DNA from: an uncultured Nitrososphaerota archaeon
GTDB taxonomy: Archaea > Thermoproteota > Nitrososphaeria > Conexivisphaerales > DTJL01
Assembly (NCBI GenBank): GCA_963842885.1
Contig: CAWJIE010000001.1
Location: forward strand, 1 to 42,476
Reading direction: 5' to 3'
DNA length: 42,476 nt
Shown: positions 27,433 through 36,941 of the stretch, piece after piece
Numbering within the stretch: position 1 is the first letter of the stretch
How the letters are laid out: each line of letters begins with the position of its first letter
Position numbers and translations under genes: made by a program
Notes under the pieces: generated by a model
Seen by the model: only the letters and a program-made list of their open reading frames with translations
Told to the model about the DNA's origin: nothing
The model's database searches: none

Positions 27433-28968
27433 CTAATCTTGTGGGGCAGCCTGCGCGTCGGGGAGAAGAGGCCTCACGTCAACTCTCACCGTGTACCCTT
27501 TGACGGCGACGGCAAGAGATTTCAGGCCCCTCTTCCTCTGTTCGGACACCAGGACCGTCCCGCCTAGCTCTCCGGCCAGCTCCTCTGCGATCCGCACCGA
27601 AGCGTCGTCGAATTCTCCTTTCGTCAGGATGCGCTGGGGCATCAGTGGCCTGTTGAACACTTCGACCCGCCTCATCCCGGACCGGCTGAAAACTTGCTTT
27701 GCCGCCTTGATGAATCCGCCTTCCTTCTCGTAGAGGACGTCCGCCGGCGTCAGGTTGAACGCTTCGAAGAACTCCTTCCTCTCCTGTTCCAGGTCTGCTG
27801 GCTCTTCCTGGGTCGGCACCTGTGCTCGTGGTTGTGAGTGCGAGTCACTGGCTGCGTCGGGCTTCTGGTCCGGGGGGACGTACCTTATGCTGCTCGGGCC
27901 CTTGTAGTCCTTCCACGTGAGGCGCTTCCTATGCATGGAGCTGGACCTCCAGCGCGTCCTGTCCTTCCGTGGCGGGCGGGTCTCCACATCCGCCTCTTCC
28001 TCGGTGTCAACCCCGTAGAGCGACGCATCCTCGACGGCGTCCTGCATCGCCTGGGTGACCTCCGCGTCGGACTCCCTGTCCACTTCGGGGGCGCCCGTAT
28101 CGAGGGGGATTCCCGCCTGGATGGCTACCGCAAGTTTCTGTTGTCTCGTCAGCTCCGTTCCGTTGTAGATGATCCTCCAGTCTACGAAGGTCTGCTTTCC
28201 TGGGGCGACGCCCATTATGGGGATCTCCGGCGATGGTTTGTCCGGCCTTGCAGGTGCTGGCGCCGGCGTTCCCGTCGCTAGGGTCCTGTTCCGGATTCCA
28301 GCGGACACGGCTCGATCCTCGTGCGCGAGCGCGCGCTCGATGACGATGCCGCTGAAGAGCTTTTCGGGTTCCCTGATGTGCCTGACCAGCTCCTCCAGCG
28401 TCACCCCCTGTCCTTCTCTCAGGGCGTTTATCCGCAGGTCGACCAGCCACCCTGCTGTCCTTGGGTCCGTGTATTTCGCGAGCTCCGAGTACAGCAGCTG
28501 GGGGTTCACCCACCCCCTTGTCTGATAGAGGGGTTTCCTGCGCGCGAAGTACATGACGTAGTTGAATTCGCCGACCTTCTGGAGTGGATAGTTGTCGTCG
28601 TCGTGCCTGTGGTAGCTGCTTTCCTCGTTGAGAGCGAAGAAAGAAAGGCACTTTCTGCAGTAATAGAGATGCCTTTTCACCGCCCTCGGTCTTCCTCTCT
28701 TCTTGAGGGAAGCTGTCAGCGTCGGTATCTTTACCATCTGAGGGGTAAAGAGGCTCATCCCTGGCAGCATCATCGTGTCCGGAGCGAACAGGACAGCGAC
28801 CTCCTTGGGCTCGCCGTCGAAAGTCCAGAACACGTTGCCGGCCCTGCGGACATCCCCGAACTTCTCACAGAGGTAGGCAAGCACGTATGGGTAGTCCTCG
28901 CGAGGGATCTGCACGTAATTTGGCCTGTGCGTTCCAGGTCTATGAATCAGTTCTCCTCGCTGCATCAC
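27433..28968 (-). CDS. Hypothetical protein with CRKC/H possible zinc finger
   Basis: 511-aa ORF containing YYCRKC...HRH. SD AGGAGGT. Confidence 0.7.
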   Translation of the reverse strand: MMQRGELIHRPGTHRPNYVQIPREDYPYVLAYLCEKFGDVRRAGNVFWTFDGEPKEVAVLFAPDTMMLPGMSLFTPQMVKIPTLTASLKKRGRPRAVKRHLYYCRKCLSFFALNEESSYHRHDDDNYPLQKVGEFNYVMYFARRKPLYQTRGWVNPQLLYSELAKYTDPRTAGWLVDLRINALREGQGVTLEELVRHIREPEKLFSGIVIERALAHEDRAVSAGIRNRTLATGTPAPAPARPDKPSPEIPIMGVAPGKQTFVDWRIIYNGTELTRQQKLAVAIQAGIPLDTGAPEVDRESDAEVTQAMQDAVEDASLYGVDTEEEADVETRPPRKDRTRWRSSSMHRKRLTWKDYKGPSSIRYVPPDQKPDAASDSHSQPRAQVPTQEEPADLEQERKEFFEAFNLTPADVLYEKEGGFIKAAKQVFSRSGMRRVEVFNRPLMPQRILTKGEFDDASVRIAEELAGELGGTVLVSEQRKRGLKSLAVAVKGYTVRVDVRPLLPDAQAAPQD

Positions 28969-29003
28969 TTCTTACCTCCTTCGACGACGCGGAATTCCGA
29001 CAT

Positions 29004-29177
29004 CTATACCATCGCCTGCTGCACAACGTCTGCGGCCTCTGTCTGCGCGTCTTCGGTGCTCCCACCCTGTTGCTTGATCAGCTGCTTTAAGGCGCGGAAG
29101 CCGTCCTCGGGGTCCGATCCGAGACCGGAACCTACGTAATACGTCGACGTCGTCGTGACCGTACGGTTGCTACTCAT
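29004..29177 (-). CDS. Small hypothetical protein
   Basis: MSSNRTV start with SD GGAGGTGG at ~29183-29190. Confidence 0.4.
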   Translation of the reverse strand: MSSNRTVTTTSTYYVGSGLGSDPEDGFRALKQLIKQQGGSTEDAQTEAADVVQQAMV

Positions 29178-29922
29178 GGCAACCACCTCCGAGGCCGCAT
29201 CCTTCCTCGTTATTTGTCTGATAACGAAGCACTCCCGCTCCGTCATGCGATGACAGGATCGAATCAGACTGATGCTCCGCTTCTTCCCCGACCGTGGCTC
29301 CTTCTCAAAAAAAGAATCTATATATGAGAAAGCCGCCTTTCATCTTCGGCCTCTAATCCAGGTCGTGACTACGACGATCTGGCCGGGGCCGAGAGGGCGG
29401 GGGCGAAAGCCTCCGTCTTCTTCTTCTGCCATCAGGTGACAAGAGAAGGGTTGTTTTGCGTCGCCGGCGGAGGACACGGCTGCTTGCGTTTCCGCTGCGA
29501 CGGGTTTAAGCCGGTTTGCCCGGGAGTATTTAAGGCGTCGATGGGGAAAGGGGTCTCCTGGATTTGCTTTTAAGGCGTCTGTCGCGCAAAATTGGAGGAT
29601 TTGAGGCCCCAATCATCAACGATAGGATGGAGACCCCGCGTCTCATCCCGAGAAGCGAGGGCGGATGTCGGGCTGCCAAAGGGCAATACGTAAAGGCTTA
29701 AAGGTAAAAGACTCATACGCGGCGTGCTTTTAAGACGCTTTGCAGGCATGGCCGAGGATTCATCACCCAATTTGTCACCCAACTGCCGCCGGACGCCTGC
29801 GCCGACAGAACAGAACAAGCAACCGGCTTCCTTTTTTTCTCTTGCCTTTCTGTCTTGGCTGGCGGCGGCCTTCCGACCGACGCGATTTGCAGAACTGTCT
29901 TTGTTCCTTGACGGCAGGCCCT

Positions 29923-32900
29923 TCAAATTCGAAGGCGCCTGATTTCGTACAACGAGCCCTTCCTGACCAAGACCCCCTCGTCCACCATCTGGTCGAGGTA
30001 CTCCTGGACCTGTCTGTCGGAGACGCCGGTGATCTCTGTAAGGGTGTGGACCGGCGTCGACGGGTCGCCTTCCAGCCTCTCCAGGATGGACTCCCTGACC
30101 TTCCTCTCTGGCTCAGGGATGTCTCTTTGTTTCTCCTTCTCCTCCCCGCCGAACAGCTTCTCCATCTCCATGTCCACCTCTGACAGCTTCTCCTGAAATG
30201 GCTGCTTTGGCTTTGCGGGCTGGCTCACGGCGGCCGGTGTCTCAGCTTCACCGCTTTGCGGTTGAAGTCGAGGCTGGCGCGGCGACGGTGCTGACGTCGG
30301 TGTCGGAGCCAGGTCTTTCAGGGCGAGCCTGTCAAGCTCGCCTCTTGATTTGAGATATGCCTTCCAGGCCTCGAGGACGTATCCGTCGGGAACGCCCTTG
30401 GACATTTCTATCTCCCTGATTTGGGGGAAGTATACCCTGTCCTTTGCGCCGCGTTCCTTCATGTCGTCGAAGACCATGTTCCGGGGGAACTTCAGGTTCT
30501 GGGCGACGGGCACCCTTTCCTTCTCCTGGCCCCTTATCCCGGCGAAGTTCAGGGTCTCCTTGATCAGGTAGGCCTCCTCCATGCTCCACCCCGAGTCCCG
30601 CAGCGCGTCGAGCACCTCCTCTCCGTCCTTCCCCCCAGCCATCATGTCGGCCGCCCACTCGGTTGCCTCTCTCAGCGGCTTCGGGGGAGCCTTGACCGAG
30701 GCCGAGGCCGATTCTTCGTAGGCCTTTTTGATCGGGTTGAAGTCTATTGGGACCATCGCGGCCGCCCTCGCGGCCTCTGCAAAGGGGACGAGGGAAGGCA
30801 GCAGGATTCCGCATTTTCCTTCCCATTTCTCCTGGTTCGTCTTCAGGAACGCGGCCAGCCCGGCGGTGTACGCGTCGTCCGTGACCGGCGGCCTCTCCTT
30901 CGCCTTCTCATGGCCCCCATCTAGAGGACCGGGGGCTGTCGGAGGCGGAGGGGCCGCGCTTTCACCCTTGCCTTCACCTTTCGCCAGTTCCTCCCGGGGG
31001 TTCACCCTTACGTTGTACTTCCTGTCCTCGCCCAGTATCCTCCTGATCTCCTTTTCATTCTCTTCCGAGTCCACGACGAAGAGTATGTTCCTGCCCGCGT
31101 TCTTCTCGTAGTTCTTCAGGACCTGTTCGGCGCTCTTGCTAGGATAGGTCTCCACCTCCACCGCCGTCGGCGTGTCGCACCAATTCACGGGGTCGACGGC
31201 CCCCACGATATCCGCTTCCCTGTCGGGTATCGTTTTGTACACGAGTATGTCCGGCCTCTCGGCATTGTACTCTCCGTAGTCGACGATGGTGTACCAGCCG
31301 AGGTCCCAGTACCTCTTCAGTTCATCGCTGATCAGGCTGTGGTGTATCGCGTCTCCCGTCCTGTTGCCATGGATCTCCCGGGAGAAGTACATCCCGACGG
31401 CCTTGCCCGTTATCTCCGCGTACGTCACCCTGGACCTTACCTTCTCGTCCTCATTCTCCGGCTCCCTGCCCTGGAACAGCCCCTCCCTGACGTGGACCCG
31501 TATGAGGCCCTTGTCGTTCAGCGCGTTTATCTCCCCCTGAACGAGGTTGCTGTCCCACTTGTTCGCGCTGTACAGGGCGGCCTTGACCCACTTGACGTCC
31601 TTCGGCCCCGGCCCCTCTCGGTAGAGCATGCACAGTATGGCCCAGGCGACCGGCGTCTCCTGAGGCAGGCCCAGCATGGCCAGGTAGCTGGTCGTCTCCC
31701 TCCGGTAGGCCGGCTCCTTCTTGCTGTCGTACACGCCGGCGTACTCTGCCATCTCATTCTTCATGAATTTGAAGACGGCCTCCACGTCCCTGACGGGAGG
31801 GTGGACCAGAGGCACCTCCACCCTGTAAGTGCGCAGGATGCCGCTGCTCCCCACGGGGTTCTTTCTCATCACGCATTCCCAGTTCGCCATCCCTGCGAGG
31901 AAGCCCGGCAGCTTCTCGTCTCGGGGGGAGAGGAGCTTGGCGACCCTCTGCGCGTCCTCGGCATTCAGCCTGAACGAGATTATGTTTCCGACGTTCCCCG
32001 TCACGGCTTCGAAGAGCCTGTCGGGGATCTGCGATATGTTCTGGTGCGCCATTATTATGTAGAGCCCGAACTTCGCCGCTTCAGACACTATCGTCTGGAA
32101 TATCTCCATCTGGCTCGCGTTCTGGAACTCGTCTATCACCAGGAACACAGGGGTCCTCGCGCCGGAGGTCATCCCGGACCTCTCCAGCTCCCTCGCCCTC
32201 TCCTGTATCATGAAATAGAGCCTCAGGATGATGCTGTTCGTCACGAGGGTCCTGAAGTTGTCCGGCAGGTAGAACCTCGAAAGCCTGAAGATGGAGAGGC
32301 GGCCCGGCTTGAGCATTTCGCCGAAAGGGACCGTCGTGGCCTCCGCGCAGAAGATCCGCGGCGTCAGGGCGTCGGCGGGAAGGACGAAGTTGGATATCCT
32401 GTTTATCACGGCCATGAACGCGTCGGCCTGGAGCTTCGAGATCGCCTCGATCGTCTTGCTCATTATGTCCTCCTGCACCTTGCTGCTCCTGAGCAGGGTC
32501 CCTATCCCGCTTTCGTCTCTCTTCAGCATGTCCGTGAGCAGGAAGTGGAGGTCCTTGAACGAAGGGGAGTCGGAGAACTGGTAGAGGAAGTACAGGGCCC
32601 CCCGGAAGATCCATATGAGGCGGGGGGCCTCCTTGACGTCCGTGCCGAAGAGCTCCTTGAGCACGGTGAGCATCTCGTCCACCTGGGTCTGCACGAGCAT
32701 CGCCTTCTCCTCACGGGTCCTGTCCTTTGCGCTGGAGACGTCAGGGGGAAGCTCCAGGGGGTTGAGTCCGAACGGAGTGTAGCGCGGGTCGAAGAGGAGG
32801 ACCCTCTCCTTGTCCAAGGGGTCTATCCGCATGGCCAGTTCGAGGGCGGCGTCCCCGTGGGGGTCGATGAACACGATGGAGCACGGCATCTTCTTCTGGA

Positions 32901-33021
32901 CCTGCTCGCTGAAGAGGTAATCCATTATCACCATCAGGGCGTTCGTCTTCCCTGAGCGCGTCGCCCCGATCATGTAACAATGGGACCGCAGGTCGTCAAG
33001 GGTCATGCCTTCGAAGATCAT
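29923..33021 (-). CDS. VirD4/TraG/TrwB-like (HerA/FtsK superfamily) ATPase fused to wHTH, PD-(D/E)XK nuclease-like and C-terminal wHTH domains, 1032 aa
   Basis: SHCYMIGATRSGKT, FIDPHGD, FGLNPLE, FLVIDEFQN and SEAAKFGL..AHQ; later IHH, RPDILVY and AVEVET. The true start is the ATG at 33021, in an ATGA overlap with the upstream gene. Confidence 0.85.
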   Translation of the reverse strand: MIFEGMTLDDLRSHCYMIGATRSGKTNALMVIMDYLFSEQVQKKMPCSIVFIDPHGDAALELAMRIDPLDKERVLLFDPRYTPFGLNPLELPPDVSSAKDRTREEKAMLVQTQVDEMLTVLKELFGTDVKEAPRLIWIFRGALYFLYQFSDSPSFKDLHFLLTDMLKRDESGIGTLLRSSKVQEDIMSKTIEAISKLQADAFMAVINRISNFVLPADALTPRIFCAEATTVPFGEMLKPGRLSIFRLSRFYLPDNFRTLVTNSIILRLYFMIQERARELERSGMTSGARTPVFLVIDEFQNASQMEIFQTIVSEAAKFGLYIIMAHQNISQIPDRLFEAVTGNVGNIISFRLNAEDAQRVAKLLSPRDEKLPGFLAGMANWECVMRKNPVGSSGILRTYRVEVPLVHPPVRDVEAVFKFMKNEMAEYAGVYDSKKEPAYRRETTSYLAMLGLPQETPVAWAILCMLYREGPGPKDVKWVKAALYSANKWDSNLVQGEINALNDKGLIRVHVREGLFQGREPENEDEKVRSRVTYAEITGKAVGMYFSREIHGNRTGDAIHHSLISDELKRYWDLGWYTIVDYGEYNAERPDILVYKTIPDREADIVGAVDPVNWCDTPTAVEVETYPSKSAEQVLKNYEKNAGRNILFVVDSEENEKEIRRILGEDRKYNVRVNPREELAKGEGKGESAAPPPPTAPGPLDGGHEKAKERPPVTDDAYTAGLAAFLKTNQEKWEGKCGILLPSLVPFAEAARAAAMVPIDFNPIKKAYEESASASVKAPPKPLREATEWAADMMAGGKDGEEVLDALRDSGWSMEEAYLIKETLNFAGIRGQEKERVPVAQNLKFPRNMVFDDMKERGAKDRVYFPQIREIEMSKGVPDGYVLEAWKAYLKSRGELDRLALKDLAPTPTSAPSPRQPRLQPQSGEAETPAAVSQPAKPKQPFQEKLSEVDMEMEKLFGGEEKEKQRDIPEPERKVRESILERLEGDPSTPVHTLTEITGVSDRQVQEYLDQMVDEGVLVRKGSLYEIRRLRI

Positions 33022-34601
33022 GGAGGTGCGCCCGAAGGAGTTCCCTCCTTCAAAGGGGAGGCTCTTGGCCTGCGCTTCGCCATCAGAGCCGGAAGCTCGG
33101 CGAGGAAGCCGGGCCTGGGGTCCGCATGTTCGTACTTGATCGGGCCGTAGACGGACATGAGGAGGCTTACGTACTTCTCGAGGTCGTCTCCGTCTTCTGA
33201 TGAGAGGAGGAACTCCGTCCTCTTCGCCTTCCCGTCGTAGACCATTTCGAAGCTCCGGCAGGCCCCGCAGACGACGTGCTGGAGCCTCGCCGTCTCCTTG
33301 TCGGGGAGCCTGTCGTCGAAGAGGGGCACCGCCGTCAGCCTGGCTACGGACAGGCCGGGCTCGCCCCTCCCTTCCCCTTCCCCTCCCGCCGCCTCCTTCC
33401 AGTTGGCCATATCGGATATGAAAGAGCCCGGGAGGAGCTGAGTCGTGGGCCTCCAGATGTAATTCAACGTGGCCAGCGTCTTCGCCTGCATCCCCGTGGG
33501 GAAGTGCACGTAGTAGGGGAGGGCTTCGGGGGTGAGGATGAAGGACGGAGCTTCGGCCCTCGAAGAGCCGTACCTCTCGAGGTACTTCCCTATGTCCGTC
33601 ACCATGGTCCTTTCGACCAGGTTCACCAGCATCCTCGGGTCGCGGTAGAGGAACTCCTCCAGCCTGTCGAATTCGTCGGCGCACCTCGAGAAGGGAAGGT
33701 CCCTCACGGTCTGCGCGCAGCCCTGACCCTCGCCCACCCACATCCCCTGGATCGCTACAAGGACGTTGGATTGAGTCAGTGCCTCCTCTATCTTCTTCGC
33801 CCTGCGGTCCACCTGCCTGTACCACTCTTCGCCCAGCTCCTTCCTCTCCCTCTCCACGCCTTCGTACGTGACGTCCTTCGTTTCGGCGAAGCCTTTGAAC
33901 GAATGCAGCTCCTCCTTGATGCGGCTCATGCTCCTCGAATGGTCCTTGAAGACGAAGAGGAACTGCACCCACGCGAAGCGGGGGTCGTCCCTTTCCATAG
34001 CGTGTATGGTTTCGCCGACGAGCGTCTGAGGCGGCTCGCAGACGGGGACGCTCATGGGGTGGAAGTCCTTCAGCGCGACGTTGAAGAAGACGACGTCGGC
34101 GTCCTTCCCTCCTCCAACTTCGGCCTTTCCTCCGTCGGCCGCCGGCATCGCCGTGTACGTGTAGTTGCTCCCTCTCCTGGCGTAATGCTTCACCATCGTG
34201 CCAAGCCTCGGGTATCTGAGATGAGTGGCCCTCGGTCTGCGAGGGAGAGGGCCGAGCACGGGGACGAGGAAGACCATGAACGGAAGGGCCGCGAGGAGCT
34301 GGGAGACAGGCAGGTAGTAGAAGGGCCTCCCTTCGAACAGAAGGGGGAGGGCGAGGCTGAGCGCGGAGCTGACCAGCGCGCCCGCCAGCAGGAGGTAAAG
34401 CCTCTTGAGGCTCCGCGCGGGTTCGCTCGCCGGCTTCGGCACCAGCCCCAGGTAGGCAAGGACGGAGGCCCTGTTCTTCTCGGACGTGTCCTCACCGATC
34501 GGGTGGAGGAACCTCAGCGGGTCGTGGTAATAGAGGAAGAGGTAGAGGACTATGATGTAGGGAACGGGCGTCCGGAGGAAGAGAACGTCGAAGGAGTTCA
34601 T
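33018..34601 (-). CDS. Membrane protein translationally coupled to the VirD4-like ATPase
   Basis: About three N-terminal hydrophobic segments followed by a large soluble domain. ATGA overlap with the ATPase gene. Confidence 0.75.
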   Translation of the reverse strand: MNSFDVLFLRTPVPYIIVLYLFLYYHDPLRFLHPIGEDTSEKNRASVLAYLGLVPKPASEPARSLKRLYLLLAGALVSSALSLALPLLFEGRPFYYLPVSQLLAALPFMVFLVPVLGPLPRRPRATHLRYPRLGTMVKHYARRGSNYTYTAMPAADGGKAEVGGGKDADVVFFNVALKDFHPMSVPVCEPPQTLVGETIHAMERDDPRFAWVQFLFVFKDHSRSMSRIKEELHSFKGFAETKDVTYEGVERERKELGEEWYRQVDRRAKKIEEALTQSNVLVAIQGMWVGEGQGCAQTVRDLPFSRCADEFDRLEEFLYRDPRMLVNLVERTMVTDIGKYLERYGSSRAEAPSFILTPEALPYYVHFPTGMQAKTLATLNYIWRPTTQLLPGSFISDMANWKEAAGGEGEGRGEPGLSVARLTAVPLFDDRLPDKETARLQHVVCGACRSFEMVYDGKAKRTEFLLSSEDGDDLEKYVSLLMSVYGPIKYEHADPRPGFLAELPALMAKRRPRASPLKEGTPSGAPP

Positions 34602-34975
34602 CGAAATCGATCAAACATTTCTGTCTGTACGGTTTTTAACAGAGTCCAGTCCTCAGAAGGGCTGCATTGCGCGCTCGTTGATGTAATGTAAAGGTAGGCC
34701 TACCGACCTGTAAGTCCCCGACCGTCGGACTCCAATCCATGAGGACTATTGGTCTAGACCGAAAGGTTGGTCGAGTCCAGTCTGTCGAATTCAAAACAAG
34801 TCCGTTTCAGATTTCACATAGGCCAACGCCCTGTCAACCTTCAATCTCCGGCAGAATCTCTGAATCGTGGGGGGTAAAGGATCCCTATACTCAGAACCCT
34901 TATATGCGAAACGTTGGATAAGAGACATCGCCGCTACGAACGCTCCGCTGTCTGCTGATAAGAGGAACTTGAAAG

Positions 34976-36730
34976 ATGCAGGATGCCAGGATGGTCTCCG
35001 CCGATGGGCTTTGGGTTTCCCTGACGATGGAACACCTCGAGAGGGAAACCTATGGTCTCGATTTCGTCAGCGGAGGACTGCACGACTTCAAGAACTCCTC
35101 TCCTGAGAGATACAGGTTGACTGCCAAGGCCGACCCTACCATCGACCCCAACACCCTTATCTCCTGTCTTAGAGCTGGAATCGAGGACGTTTGCGGTGTA
35201 AAGCCATCTGTAATGCCCCCGTCGTACGCCTCTGGTCTGATGGAGTTTGAGTGGTCAGTTCAGGGTATCGATGAAGGGGAGTCATTCCGCAAGCTTGTTT
35301 CGCTTGTCCAGGCGGCTCGCATAGGAAAGGTCAGTTCCATTCCACAGGGAGGGTCGATACCCAAGGGGAAGCAGTGTGAATTCTGCGGAAGAACTAACGA
35401 TGGCGGGTGGGAATGGTCCAAGTGCAAGCAGTGTGGAAGTTCGTTTTGTCCGGAACACGCTGAACCCGCTGAACACAATTGTTCGCATAAAGTCGCGCTC
35501 GGCAAATCGGGCCGGTGGCCCAAGGGAGGCCGCAGGGAGAACACATGGGTGGACGACATCGGGGTATACAGGACTGTGTCGGGCACGCGCTTAAGGCGGT
35601 CTCACAAGAAAGGCTATGCCATCGCGATGGCCACGGTGGCTATTCTTCTGATAGCAACCTTGCCATACTACGCTCCCGATCAGCTACTGCCTTTGACATC
35701 CTACGTAAGGGGTGCCGAAAACACGGCGCGCGCATGGGTCGATCAACTCCTGCACGCGACGCCCGGTCAGACCGCCGAACTGGCGACCTTCTCCCCCGCG
35801 CAACCCGACTTCGTCGACGGCTCTGCCAACGTAGCCTTCCCGCAGGACTACCAGACACTGGCCAACTACTCTCTGACATTCATCAACAGGGACAGAGCCC
35901 TGAGCGGCCTTCAGCCAGTGACCCTCAGCCCGATAGCTTCCGGACAGCAGCATGCGGATTCGATGCTGTACTACGACTACTTCTCTCATTGGGATGTCCA
36001 GGGATACAAACCTTACATGAGGTACTCTCTCCTTGGCGGTCGGGGAGGCGTTGCCGAGAACATCGGCCAATCCTACTGCACTACGTCAACCGCCGACTCC
36101 AGTTCGTTGACTGTAGCGCCCTGCTCGCTCCAGAACCTTGAGAACGGCATTGCGGCCTCTGAATGGGGAATGATGTATAACGACGCGGCTTGGGGCAACG
36201 GCCATCGGGACAACATCCTCAACCCGACACACAATCGCGTCTCGATAGGCATTTCGTACGACCTGTCATCGGGGAAGGTGTACTTTGTGGAGGACTTCGA
36301 GGATTATCTCATCAATCCGGTCACGTTCTCGTTCGCGGCGAACTCCGTCACCCTCTCGGGCACAGTCTCGACCTACCTAGATTTCAGCCAAGGAGAGGTG
36401 ACGGTCATGTACGATACGACACCGCTGGCGATACCTCAGCCCGAACTAAACACGAACCCCTCCTACACGGGCGCGTATGGCGGCGGCACTCCGATCGGCG
36501 CGGTGTTCACGCCCTGCCCGGCAGGCTATGTCTGCTCGGGCACCACCACGGACGGGCTGATCGCTTCTTATGCCACGACGTGGCAGTCGACTGCGGGGTC
36601 GCTTCTGTTGCAGTTCTCGCTCTCCCAGTTCACATCAAAGTATGGTCCTGGGATTTACACGCTCTACCTCTGGCCTAGCCAGACGGCCTCAAGTCCTATC
36701 ACAAGCATCTCCCTTCAAGTCGGAACGTAG
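34976..36730 (+). CDS. AN1-type zinc finger - TM - CAP/SCP domain surface protein
   Basis: CEFC...CKQCGSSFCPEH..PAEHNC (AN1), TM segment YAIAMATVAILLIATL, and CAP motifs INRDR, QQHADSM, FSHW, ENIG and GHRDNIL. Confidence 0.85.
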   Translation: MQDARMVSADGLWVSLTMEHLERETYGLDFVSGGLHDFKNSSPERYRLTAKADPTIDPNTLISCLRAGIEDVCGVKPSVMPPSYASGLMEFEWSVQGIDEGESFRKLVSLVQAARIGKVSSIPQGGSIPKGKQCEFCGRTNDGGWEWSKCKQCGSSFCPEHAEPAEHNCSHKVALGKSGRWPKGGRRENTWVDDIGVYRTVSGTRLRRSHKKGYAIAMATVAILLIATLPYYAPDQLLPLTSYVRGAENTARAWVDQLLHATPGQTAELATFSPAQPDFVDGSANVAFPQDYQTLANYSLTFINRDRALSGLQPVTLSPIASGQQHADSMLYYDYFSHWDVQGYKPYMRYSLLGGRGGVAENIGQSYCTTSTADSSSLTVAPCSLQNLENGIAASEWGMMYNDAAWGNGHRDNILNPTHNRVSIGISYDLSSGKVYFVEDFEDYLINPVTFSFAANSVTLSGTVSTYLDFSQGEVTVMYDTTPLAIPQPELNTNPSYTGAYGGGTPIGAVFTPCPAGYVCSGTTTDGLIASYATTWQSTAGSLLLQFSLSQFTSKYGPGIYTLYLWPSQTASSPITSISLQVGT

Positions 36731-36941
36731 CAAACGTGCGAAGGGGGCTTTCAGGATTCATCATCCTAAAAGGGCCCGAGTCCTTTCCTAGGTGTCGTTG
36801 TCGACGACGACTATGCAGGGGCTGCTATCTGCTATCCTCGGAAGTATCGGCGCACCCCGATTCAGGCCCTGCGCCGTGAAGGTGTTCGTCAAGTCTATGG
36901 GCGTCGGTGGCACGTCAGAGAGAAGCTGTGTTGTGAGAGGA

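Noticed and set aside
16558-29246. Provirus
   Set aside because: No capsid, portal, terminase or viral polymerase motifs were recognised. The gene set fits a plasmid or ICE better, although divergent archaeal viral proteins could be missed.
33022-33972. N-terminal ~317 aa of the 1349-aa ORF
   Set aside because: Low-complexity Arg/Gly-rich shadow frame overlapping the real 527-aa gene. The ATPase starts at 33021.
17309-34691. Long plus-strand ORFs (17309-18853, 18850-19857, 25654-26886, 31339-32955, 33276-34691)
   Set aside because: Antisense shadows of GC-rich minus-strand genes, with no recognisable motifs.
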